NCBI GenBank assembly: GCA_964577305.1
Contig: CAZNYS010000007.1
Location: 12,562 to 76,561, forward strand
Direction: 5' to 3'
DNA length: 64,000 nt
Origin: an uncultured Rikenellaceae bacterium
GTDB lineage: Bacteria; Bacteroidota; Bacteroidia; Bacteroidales; VadinHA17
Shown here: positions 37,708 through 45,241 of the stretch, one piece after another
Layout of the letters: every line of letters starts with the position of its first letter
Position numbering within the stretch: the first letter of the stretch is position 1
Made by a program: the position numbers and the translations under genes
The notes under the pieces: generated by a model
What the model was told of the DNA's origin: nothing
Seen by the model: the letters and a program-made list of their open reading frames with translations, nothing else
Database searches by the model: none

Positions 37708-38402
37708 ATGGATAATGATGGAATAATAAAATGGCTCCTGTCCGGTGATGTATCCATCCAATACCAGGTTTACCGCGATCTTCTCTCGGAAGAAAGAAAA
37801 GACCTTCAGGAAAGAATAGCTTCTGAAGGATGGGGAAAACGGTTCCTTTCCAAACGTAAGCCTGAAGGACACTGGGGACAGAAATTTTATCAGCCGAAAT
37901 GGACCTCATCACACTATACACTTCTTGATCTCAGGAACCTTTTTATTGATCCTGAAAATCAGCTTATAAAAGACTCCATTGAGATAATCCTTGAAAACGA
38001 AAAGGGCCAGGATGGGGGAATCCGGCCTTTAGGATCAATGAATTAATCAGTATAACAAAGGCAGCTATTGAGTTTATACTCTCACATAAATTATACATCT
38101 CAGACAGGACAGGGGAGATTATTAAGAAGGAATTTCTCAGGTTATCATATCCATCAAGGTGGCGTTACGATATACTCAGGGCTCTGGATTATTTTCAATA
38201 TTCTGAAATACCATGGGACGATCGTATGAAACAGGCAATAAATGTATTGCTAAACAAAAGGAACAGGGATTCAACCTGGAATCTTCAGGCAAAACATTCC
38301 GGACAGGTGCATTTCGAAATGGGAAAACCGGGTAAACCCAGCAGGTGGAATACACTCCGGGCTATGCGGGTACTAAGATTTTATGGGATCGATCATATAT
38401 AA
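37708..38402 (+). pseudogene. conserved hypothetical gene split by a frameshift in a G5 tract
   Basis: Frame 1 (112 aa) stops at 38046. Another frame is open from 37995 to the TAA at 38400..38402 and encodes ...ITKAAIEFILSHKLYISDRTGEIIKKEFLRLSYPSRWRYDILRALDYFQY...RWNTLRAMRVLRFYGIDHI. Adding one G to ggggg (38014..38018) joins both into one 231-codon ORF. Confidence 0.7.
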
Positions 38403-38433
38403 GAATAGGGTTGGAAAATATATGAAACCTGTT

Positions 38434-38470
38434 GATTTGAGATTTAAGATCAACGATTTAAGATTTAAGA
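38434..38470. repeat. module D copy D2
   Basis: gatttgagatttaagatcaacgatttaagatttaaga. Its 25-nt core matches the reverse complement of 39709..39733 at 24/25 positions. Confidence 0.65.
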
Positions 38471-38689
38471 AGTGATTATGAAGCCACAGACTAAACGCGG
38501 GGATATGGAAAATATATTAAACCAGAACAACTGAGAATTTAAAAGCTTTTGTTATTTAGGTTTCCACAAAAATTACTTTATTTTATAGCAAACAACAAAT
38601 TAGTTAATAGCACTTATGTAAACTCTATGTGGCTATAAAATACTTTACATAATTAATCAATTTAAACAAACCATAATAAATATAAACCT

Positions 38690-39619
38690 ATGAAAGATCT
38701 ATTTAACAAAGAATTGATTTTACGTTTTCTGGAAACAATCCAGAATTGGATTGTTCAGGAACTGCCCCTGATCATAGTCTTAACGATAGCCCTTATTGTC
38801 CTTCTTAGAATAATAAGGTTTGCGATTAAACGATTAAAAAAAACACTGGTAAAACATTCAGCAAAAAGTGAAAATGTAGATACCGAAGAGTCTGAAAAAA
38901 GAATAAATACTCTCACGGGAATAGTCTGGGGCTTACTGAGAATAATTCTGTGGGCTATCTATATTATGTTAATTCTGCAACAATTCGGGGTAAATATTGC
39001 TCCTATACTGGCAAGTGCAGGTATTCTTGGGCTCGCTATAGGATTTGGTGCGCAGGAACTGGTAAGGGACTTCATTTCCGGCTTTTTTATCCTTCTTGAA
39101 GATCAAGTTCGTACAGGCGATATTGCCATAATAGATGGAACAGGGGGTCTGGTTGAAAAAATTGCACTCAGAACGATTACCCTCCGCGACTTTTCCGGTA
39201 TAGTACATATTTTCCAGAATGGTAAAATCAGCAATCTGGCAAATATGACAAAAGAATGGTCTGCTATGGTATTTGATATTGGTGTGGCTTATAAGGAAAA
39301 TACACAGGAAGTAATGGATCTAATGAAACAGGTAGGTAATGAACTACAGAATGATCCGAACTTTAAGGATGATATAATTGAACCTGTTGAAGTTTTTGGC
39401 TTAGACGAGTTTGCTGACAGTGCCCTGATAATAAAAGCACGTATAAAAACCAGACCAGTAAAACAGTGGCAAATAGGCAGGGAATACCGTAAACGCCTTA
39501 AAGATGTTTTTGACAAGCATAATATTGAAATCCCATTCCCCCATACTACACTGTACTGGGGTGAGGAAATATCACCGCTTAAGCTTGATTTAAACAAAAC
39601 CAGGGTTAATTCTCAATAA
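38690..39619 (+). CDS. mechanosensitive ion channel (MscS) family protein
   Basis: Pore helix plus beta domain LASAGILGLAIGFGAQELVRDFISGFFILLEDQVRTGDIAIIDG. Three N-terminal TM helices. Confidence 0.85.
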   Translation: MKDLFNKELILRFLETIQNWIVQELPLIIVLTIALIVLLRIIRFAIKRLKKTLVKHSAKSENVDTEESEKRINTLTGIVWGLLRIILWAIYIMLILQQFGVNIAPILASAGILGLAIGFGAQELVRDFISGFFILLEDQVRTGDIAIIDGTGGLVEKIALRTITLRDFSGIVHIFQNGKISNLANMTKEWSAMVFDIGVAYKENTQEVMDLMKQVGNELQNDPNFKDDIIEPVEVFGLDEFADSALIIKARIKTRPVKQWQIGREYRKRLKDVFDKHNIEIPFPHTTLYWGEEISPLKLDLNKTRVNSQ

Positions 39620-39625
39620 TTCATT

Positions 39626-39668
39626 CTTGCGATGCAAAAACTTTTTCCTAATTTCGCAAGTTACTTTG
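39626..39668 (+). terminator. possible terminator after the mscS-family gene
   Basis: 7-bp stem cttgcga / tcgcaag (39626..39632 / 39654..39660) followed by ttactttg. The loop is large at 21 nt. Confidence 0.35.
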
Positions 39669-39748
39669 ATTGAAGAATATCGAATCTTGAATGTCGATTT
39701 TTGAATTATTCTTAAATCTTAAATCGTTAATCTATATTCTTCAATCAA
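39666..39748. repeat. 15-bp perfect inverted repeat enclosing module D copy D3, upstream of tRNA-Leu
   Basis: ttgattgaagaatat (39666..39680) and atattcttcaatcaa (39734..39748) are exact reverse complements. The 53-nt interior contains cttaaatcttaaatcgttaatct, which is module D reverse-complemented. Confidence 0.7.
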
Positions 39749-39783
39749 GGAGCCCTGATGGCAGGACCGAGTTTTGTTTCTAT

Positions 39784-39870
39784 GCCCGGATGGCGGAATT
39801 GGTAGACGCGCTGGTCTCAAACACCAGTGGCAGCAATGCTGTGTGGGTTCGATTCCCACTCCGGGTACCA
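39784..39870 (+). tRNA. tRNA-Leu (anticodon CAA), class II with long variable arm, CCA encoded
   Basis: Acceptor GCCCGGA / TCCGGGT (G1:U72 wobble). D arm GCG-GAATTGGTAGA-CGC. Anticodon stem CTGGT/ACCAG with loop CTCAAAC. Variable arm TGGCAGCAATGCTGTG. T arm GTGGG-TTCGATT-CCCAC. Ends with ACCA. Confidence 0.87.
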
Positions 39871-39923
39871 CCCTGGCCGGTCCTGACCGAAGCGTCAGCA
39901 TTCGACCCCGGCTCCGGGTACAG

Positions 39924-39953
39924 AAAAAGCCGATGATTTTCATCGGCTTTTTT
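39924..39953 (+). terminator. rho-independent terminator downstream of tRNA-Leu
   Basis: aaaaagccgatga-tttt-catcggcttttttg: a 9-bp stem flanked by an A-run and a T-run, so potentially bidirectional. Confidence 0.75.
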
Positions 39954-40015
39954 GTTCCATGTTCCGGATTCCGGGTTCCATGTTCATTATTTACTCCTTC
40001 CGGGATTCCGGGATT

Positions 40016-40139
40016 TCCCCCGGCAGGGGGAAAATAATAATAGCCCCGGACGTAGTCCCTGACCGACCATTGGGAGCGTCAGGGTTACACCCGGGGATGA
40101 GAAATCCACACGAAAACCCTAGCACCCCTGGCAGGGGTG
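40016..40139. repeat. field of GC hairpins (module G)
   Basis: tccccc-ggca-ggggga (40016..40031); ccctgac...gtcaggg (40058..40085); cacccc-tggca-ggggtg (40123..40139). The same cccc-gNca-gggg design occurs at 2658..2671. Confidence 0.55.
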
Positions 40140-40293
40140 AATAGCATTTGATGCTCAATCATGCCGAATAAAATTGGCTGCCGCAGGTGAGCAATAGTGG
40201 ATAGATGGAATAATGGAATATTGGAACCGAGCAGTGCGAAACCCAGAGCACTCGTGGGAATAATCCGACCACATATTTCATTTTGTCAGTATC

Positions 40294-40830
40294 CTATTTT
40301 ATTTTTTCAAAATATTTTTCCAATTCATCATTTCTGATCATCTGATTGATTAAAGCAGTATCAGATATTTCGTATTTCCCCGGTCTGTTCTGATCAATAT
40401 AAAGCTCAAGGAAAGGGTCGGCATCCAATATGTGTTCATTAAGTACTTTTGAAGGTACTCCTGAACAATTATTATTTATTTCATAGTTAATATATTCCTT
40501 AAAAGTAAAATCAAGGAAAATGCTGTTTTCGCCAATCTCACCTCCGAAAATGTATCCGTCAATAAGCCTTGCCCTAAATATATAAATTGTATCGTCTTCT
40601 GTAATTTTTATTCGTCCATCATTAATTGAATTATATCTCGGGTTATAAAATGCAGGATGATGATAAAGTTCCCCCCTTTCGTTCGTACCAACACTAACAT
40701 TATAAAAATAATCACCTTTAGTTTTATAAACTGCAAATCCTCGAGGCAGCGCTCTAGGTCCTTTTTCACAGCTAAAAGCTACAATAATAATTATTCCGCA
40801 AATGGATACTATGTTTAATATTGTTTTCAT
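40294..40830 (-). CDS. lipoprotein of unknown function
   Basis: 178 aa. MKTILNIVSICGIIIIVAFSCEKG is a lipoprotein signal. AT-rich codon usage. Confidence 0.6.
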   Translation of the reverse strand: MKTILNIVSICGIIIIVAFSCEKGPRALPRGFAVYKTKGDYFYNVSVGTNERGELYHHPAFYNPRYNSINDGRIKITEDDTIYIFRARLIDGYIFGGEIGENSIFLDFTFKEYINYEINNNCSGVPSKVLNEHILDADPFLELYIDQNRPGKYEISDTALINQMIRNDELEKYFEKIK

Positions 40831-41052
40831 TTTTTCGTATGCTTAGCCAATCATAAAAAGTAATAAAGAAAGACTCAGGTTTAATAATAAATATTTTCGC
40901 GACAGTCAGTATAGATAATTATTTATCTTAATAATTTAACAGTACTATAAAGATTCATTAGTTGCACCTAATCATAGCCATATGATCAAGTAGGAAAAGT
41001 CTAAACAGTATATCAAATATATGAAATAATATAATACAAGTCAAATATATTT

Positions 41053-41277
41053 TCATGTCATTGATTTGATAAACAAGCCAATAGAGTATACTTCTCTGAT
41101 CTCTTTTCTATCCATCTGATTAAAATAACCTGCAATGAATGCCCAATTTAAAATATGATATGCATATACAGGTATACCCACATTATTGCGCTTTCGAATT
41201 GCATAATACTCACCCCTGAGGTACTCTTGAGTTTCCCAATCAATATTATAGATATAATACCCACCAAAGAACTTCAT
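41053..41277 (-). CDS. small hypothetical protein (weak call)
   Basis: 74-aa ORF in a very AT-rich stretch. No recognisable motif and no convincing start context. Confidence 0.3.
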   Translation of the reverse strand: MKFFGGYYIYNIDWETQEYLRGEYYAIRKRNNVGIPVYAYHILNWAFIAGYFNQMDRKEIREVYSIGLFIKSMT

Positions 41278-41394
41278 TATAGCCTCAACTGACCTGAATA
41301 ATGGGTCAGCTAAACCACAGATTTGTATCTCCTGTTTTATCTCTGTCCTGTGTAATACCTTATCTTATTAAGCTGGCTCTGACATTAACTGTTG

Positions 41395-42945
41395 CTATGG
41401 AATGAAATCAGGAGGTGAACGATGTTTTGTCCCCTGTTCATATGAATATGCAAGTTTTATTAAGGTGGGTTCATCGTACATTCTTCCCAGAAATTGAAGT
41501 CCGGCAGGTAAGTTACCTCCTGTAAAACCCATTGGAACGTTAAAAGCCGGTTGCCCTGTATGAGGTGCAATAACCTGGCTGTTATCTCCCTTGTATTCCT
41601 CTTCAAAGAAATCAATTCTGGCAGGTTTATTATTCCAGGAGGGATATATTATTGCATCCAGTTTTAATGAATCCATTACTCTTTCAATTGCTTCGCGAAA
41701 TGCAATACGTCTTACATCGGTGTAAGCATCAAGACATTCAATTTCAGGTTCATTCCACCTTCCACTTCTTTCAGCAAATAATTCCAACCTGTCTGCTACA
41801 TATTGTGATTTCGTTCCTCCCCTGATAATATCTTCCAGGGTTTTCAATGTGTCGTTTTTAACATATGTAGCAAGGTAAGATTCCAGGTCTGCCCTGAATT
41901 CAGAACACCATTGATTGCGGCTTAAATCTGAAAAACCCGGTATTACCACCGGATCAGTAATATCTGCTCCCAGTGAATCCAGGTCCGAAATTGCCTGTTC
42001 AAATAATAGCTTTACTTCAGGATCAGGGTTATTTTCACTCAGTTCCCTGAGGACACCTATTCTGGATCCCTTTAAACCATCGTCTTTTAGAAACTCCATG
42101 TAATTATCGGGTATTTTGCCTTTAGAATATTCTGTAAGTGGATCTTCCGGATCATATCCCGCAATAACCTGCAGTACCCTGCAGGCATCTTCAACGGTCC
42201 TGCACATTGGTCCCACTACATCATTCCGGAGGTACAGGGGAACAATTGCACTTCTGCTGATCAATCCCATAGTTGTTCTGAATCCAACGAGTGCACAATG
42301 TGAAGAAGGTCCCCTTATCGAGTTACCCGTGTCGGTGCCCAATCCTACAATCCCAAAATTTGATGCAACGGCAGCAGCAGTCCCTCCACTTGATCCTGCC
42401 GGAACATAGTCAGGATTATATGGATTGGATGTTGTTCCGGCTGTTGAGCTCTCGGTATGCATGGGACTGAAAGCCCACTCTGCCATGTTCGATTTTGCAA
42501 CTATTATTGCGCCTGCTTCCACCAGTTTCTGTATGATAAAAGCATCCTCATCTGGAATAAAATCACGCAGGGCAAGGGATCCGGCTGTGGTTGGAAGACT
42601 CCCGGTATTTATGTTATCCTTAACTATCAGGGGAATACCGTGCAAAGGGCGAAGAACCCCTGTTTTCTTATATTCATCATCAAGCCTGTCAGCAATCAGG
42701 ACAGCATCCGGATTAATGGTTGTTAAGGCATGTATCCTGTTATCGAGTTTCTCAATCCTTTCCAGGTAGGCTTTCACCAGCTGCCTGCTGGTGTATTTTC
42801 CCTCCTTATATGCCTGGTGAATGTCGGCAATGGTCAGTTCATTTAAATCAATAGATTCCGTTGATTCCGGTGCACGACATCCTGAAAATCCAAGGCTCAG
42901 TGCTGTACAGGTTAATAAGATCATTATTTTATTCATAGGCAGCAT
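41395..42945 (-). CDS. amidase-signature family amidase, exported lipoprotein
   Basis: LTCTALSLGFSGCRAP signal/lipobox. AS-family blocks HGIPLIVKDNINT and GSSGGTAAAVASNFGIVGLGTDTGNSIRGPS. Confidence 0.85.
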   Translation of the reverse strand: MLPMNKIMILLTCTALSLGFSGCRAPESTESIDLNELTIADIHQAYKEGKYTSRQLVKAYLERIEKLDNRIHALTTINPDAVLIADRLDDEYKKTGVLRPLHGIPLIVKDNINTGSLPTTAGSLALRDFIPDEDAFIIQKLVEAGAIIVAKSNMAEWAFSPMHTESSTAGTTSNPYNPDYVPAGSSGGTAAAVASNFGIVGLGTDTGNSIRGPSSHCALVGFRTTMGLISRSAIVPLYLRNDVVGPMCRTVEDACRVLQVIAGYDPEDPLTEYSKGKIPDNYMEFLKDDGLKGSRIGVLRELSENNPDPEVKLLFEQAISDLDSLGADITDPVVIPGFSDLSRNQWCSEFRADLESYLATYVKNDTLKTLEDIIRGGTKSQYVADRLELFAERSGRWNEPEIECLDAYTDVRRIAFREAIERVMDSLKLDAIIYPSWNNKPARIDFFEEEYKGDNSQVIAPHTGQPAFNVPMGFTGGNLPAGLQFLGRMYDEPTLIKLAYSYEQGTKHRSPPDFIP

Positions 42946-42988
42946 TTATTTAAATTTCAAAATTAAGTCCTTTTACAGGAATTTACTA

Positions 42989-43339
42989 TTATAATTGAGC
43001 ATCACGCCTAAAGGATATTTTGACCAGTTTTTCTGCAAACAAAATTATGGTAAGACAGATGAAAATAATGACCACCGGTAATAAATTATCTGACATGAAT
43101 GCAAATGACTGATTATCACTGTAAAATGACAGTACAACTACAGTAGCAATCCCTGAAAGCATCCCCAGTATGAAAAATAACCATGATAACCTAATATTCC
43201 TCCGGACTGAATTTCTCTTTTCATGCTCCAGCCGGACCTCTGCCATCAGTTCGTCTTCAAAATCACTGAAGGGCATTTCCCTGCTGCTGTTTGAAAGCAG
43301 TTCCCTGAAATACCTGTCGTGGTTGTTATTCTTTTCCAT
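42989..43339 (-). CDS. small two-TM membrane protein (putative anti-sigma partner)
   Basis: 116 aa. Cytoplasmic N-terminal 50 aa followed by two TM helices. Its start overlaps the sigma gene's stop by 1 nt (TGATG). Confidence 0.6.
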   Translation of the reverse strand: MEKNNNHDRYFRELLSNSSREMPFSDFEDELMAEVRLEHEKRNSVRRNIRLSWLFFILGMLSGIATVVVLSFYSDNQSFAFMSDNLLPVVIIFICLTIILFAEKLVKISFRRDAQL

Positions 43340-43896
43340 CAGTATAGTGTTTTCTTTTCAGTTGACAATAATACATTCAATTCATGATACATGCTCTTAC
43401 GTGCACGATGGAGCAGGACTTTCACGTTTGATTCAGTCCACCCTGTTATCTCCCTTATTTCCTCAACAGAATATTCCTCTATATAAAATAGTGTCAGAGC
43501 AAGTGCTTCTTTTGAAGGGATATTCTGCATGGCCAGGTCAATATAATATTTCTGCTGATCCCGGCTTACTATATCATTTATTTTTACATGGCCGGGATCA
43601 ACAGATTCGGTTCGGGTGTCAGCAATATATTTTTCTTTCCCAGGTTTTTTTAAACTTTTTAAAGCCTCATTTATGACAATCCTGAAGAACCAGGTTGAGA
43701 ATTTTGATTTCCCCCTGAATTTCCCCAGTTTACGGTAGGCAATAATATAAGCTTCCTGTACCGCATCACGGGCATCAAATTCATTTTTCAGTACTGAGAA
43801 AGCCAGATTATAAGCCTTGTCTTTATACTGATGAACAAAATATCTGAAAGCATCAATGTCTCCATTCAATACTTTTTTAATATACAGTTCATCCAT
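43339..43896 (-). CDS. ECF-type RNA polymerase sigma-70 factor
   Basis: AFRYFVHQYKDKAYNLAFSVLKNEFDARDAVQEAYIIAYRKL (region 2). YIEEYSVEEIREITGWTESNVKVLLHRARKSM (region 4). The start is set at ATG 43896 (MDELYIKK); the ORF is open to 43935. Confidence 0.88.
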   Translation of the reverse strand: MDELYIKKVLNGDIDAFRYFVHQYKDKAYNLAFSVLKNEFDARDAVQEAYIIAYRKLGKFRGKSKFSTWFFRIVINEALKSLKKPGKEKYIADTRTESVDPGHVKINDIVSRDQQKYYIDLAMQNIPSKEALALTLFYIEEYSVEEIREITGWTESNVKVLLHRARKSMYHELNVLLSTEKKTLY

Positions 43897-43900
43897 AGTG

Positions 43901-44251
43901 TTATTTTTTCCCCTGCCTGTCAGTAAAATGTGCAATAATCATAGCTATCCCACCAAAAAACAATCCTGATAATACCATTAAAATAAGAAAAATTTCACTT
44001 GCAAATCTCTGAGGCATAATCATAAAAGATAATACCACTAACGAAACTCCCATGCTTAAACCTATAATTACAATTCCTATTTTGAGCCATGGGAATTTCG
44101 CTTCTTTTAATGCGTCTGGAGCATCAGCTCCCTTTTCAATGAGCGCCATCCTCTCCTTATTCCTTGACTTGAGATAGAATATCCAGGAAATGGTTATGGC
44201 TGCAAAAAAACCCAGCCATGCAATTGCAGTAAAAAGTTTATAAAATGTCAT
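43901..44251 (-). CDS. small membrane protein of unknown function
   Basis: 116 aa with 3-4 TM helices. Contains KERMALIEKGADAP. Its stop lies 4 nt before the sigma start. Confidence 0.6.
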   Translation of the reverse strand: MTFYKLFTAIAWLGFFAAITISWIFYLKSRNKERMALIEKGADAPDALKEAKFPWLKIGIVIIGLSMGVSLVVLSFMIMPQRFASEIFLILMVLSGLFFGGIAMIIAHFTDRQGKK

Positions 44252-44350
44252 AATATTGCTTTTTTAAGTTTACTGATTCTTTGATATAATCATAAGCAAA
44301 AAGGTTACAGAATATTCCAATTAAGCTTGAGATTCGAGCTCGCCAAAGAC

Positions 44351-44383
44351 AATCTTAATTCTTATATCGTTGATCTTCAATCT
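44351..44383. repeat. module D, degenerate reverse-complement copy D4
   Basis: aatcttaattcttatatcgttgatcttcaatct. Its reverse complement reads agattgaagatcaacgatataagaattaagatt. Confidence 0.45.
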
Positions 44384-44425
44384 ACAATCAAACCTTTGCG
44401 AAATCATTAAAAGTATTAATCATTT

Positions 44426-44974
44426 TCAGAATAAATACGGTACAAATCTCCTGGTTCGTTTCATGTATAGCCTGTATTCGTTGCCGAAATAGGCTATGCA
44501 TTCCTTTTCGTCAATTAATGCAGCTATGAAAAGGAATATACTGGACAGTATGCTAATGACAAGTAAAGGAACAGTAGTATTCTTAAGAAAAATACCCCAT
44601 GTCAGGAACAATAACGATGAATATAAAGGATGCCTGATGTATTTGAATATGCCTGTTTCAACCAGTTGCGATGTTCTTTCAAACCTGTACAGGGTCTTTT
44701 GCTTACTCTCCCTGCCTGGCCTGCCTTTTCTTTTTAGTAACACGGCACCGGCAATAACCACATATGCTGATACAATAAGAAATATCCACGAAAACATCTG
44801 CCTGACACTGATCGGATCAACAAACCAGTAACGATAATTACTGGCAAAGAGCCACAGTATGCATTCCCAGCTTAAGAATCGGTAAAAACCATGTGACCTC
44901 AGGTTAAAAATTGTCCGCCATGAAATGATTATCACTGGGATACTGAGGATGCCGAAGATGATGAATCTGTCCAT
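44426..44974 (-). CDS. isoprenylcysteine carboxyl methyltransferase (ICMT/PEMT) family membrane protein
   Basis: FKYIRHPLYSSLLFLTWGIFL and EEKECIAYFGNEYRLYMKRT-like C-terminus. 5 TM helices. The start is set at ATG 44974 (MDRFIIFG). The 89 upstream codons of the 271-aa ORF are translated repeat DNA. Confidence 0.78.
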   Translation of the reverse strand: MDRFIIFGILSIPVIIISWRTIFNLRSHGFYRFLSWECILWLFASNYRYWFVDPISVRQMFSWIFLIVSAYVVIAGAVLLKRKGRPGRESKQKTLYRFERTSQLVETGIFKYIRHPLYSSLLFLTWGIFLKNTTVPLLVISILSSIFLFIAALIDEKECIAYFGNEYRLYMKRTRRFVPYLF

Positions 44975-44980
44975 ACCAAA

Positions 44981-45024
44981 AGATAAAAGACAAAAGTAAA
45001 AAGTAAAAAGGAAAAAGTAAAAAG
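44981..45024. repeat. module E, reverse-complement copy (A/G-rich)
   Basis: agataaaagacaaaagtaaaaagtaaaaaggaaaaagtaaaaag contains aaagacaaaagta (44986..44998). That 13-mer is the exact reverse complement of the one at 35169 and 35183. Confidence 0.65.
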
Positions 45025-45146
45025 TTGGAGCTAAGACTGCGTAAGCGGGCGAAGCGGAAACCCCGGCTGAACGAAGTGAACGCCGGGGGAAAAAGTTGGA
45101 GCGAAGACTGCGTAAGCGGGCGAATCGGAAACCCCTGCTGAACGAA
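45022..45146. repeat. two 54-nt direct repeats, period 71 nt
   Basis: 45022..45075 and 45093..45146 read aagttggagc[t/g]aagactgcgtaagcgggcgaa[g/t]cggaaacccc[g/t]gctgaacgaa, 51/54 identical. Copy 1 plus its spacer forms the hairpin ccccggc...gccgggg. Confidence 0.8.
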
Positions 45147-45159
45147 ACTCGGCACGGAT

Positions 45160-45230
45160 CACCCGCCTTCGCCCCGAGGACTCCTTCGGCGGGCAGAGGG
45201 AGACCCGCGCCAGCGAAGGAGGGAGCCTTA
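45160..45230. repeat. modules C1 + A2
   Basis: C1 is 45160..45184, cacccgccttcgccccgaggactcc, identical (25/25) to 46129..46153. A2 is 45200..45230, the reverse complement of A1 (30/31). Confidence 0.8.
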
Positions 45231-45241
45231 GCCTCTTTCAT

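Noticed and set aside
39691-40144. ORFs 39691..39936, 39719..39943, 39774..40037 and 39959..40144
   Set aside because: They overlap tRNA-Leu and the GC hairpin field. Their Gly/Pro/Arg-rich low-complexity products mirror the repeats.
45022-45146. Possible CRISPR array (direct repeats with spacer)
   Set aside because: There are only two 54-nt copies with a 17-nt spacer and no cas genes. The repeat length and spacing are wrong for CRISPR. It belongs to the interspersed repeat family.
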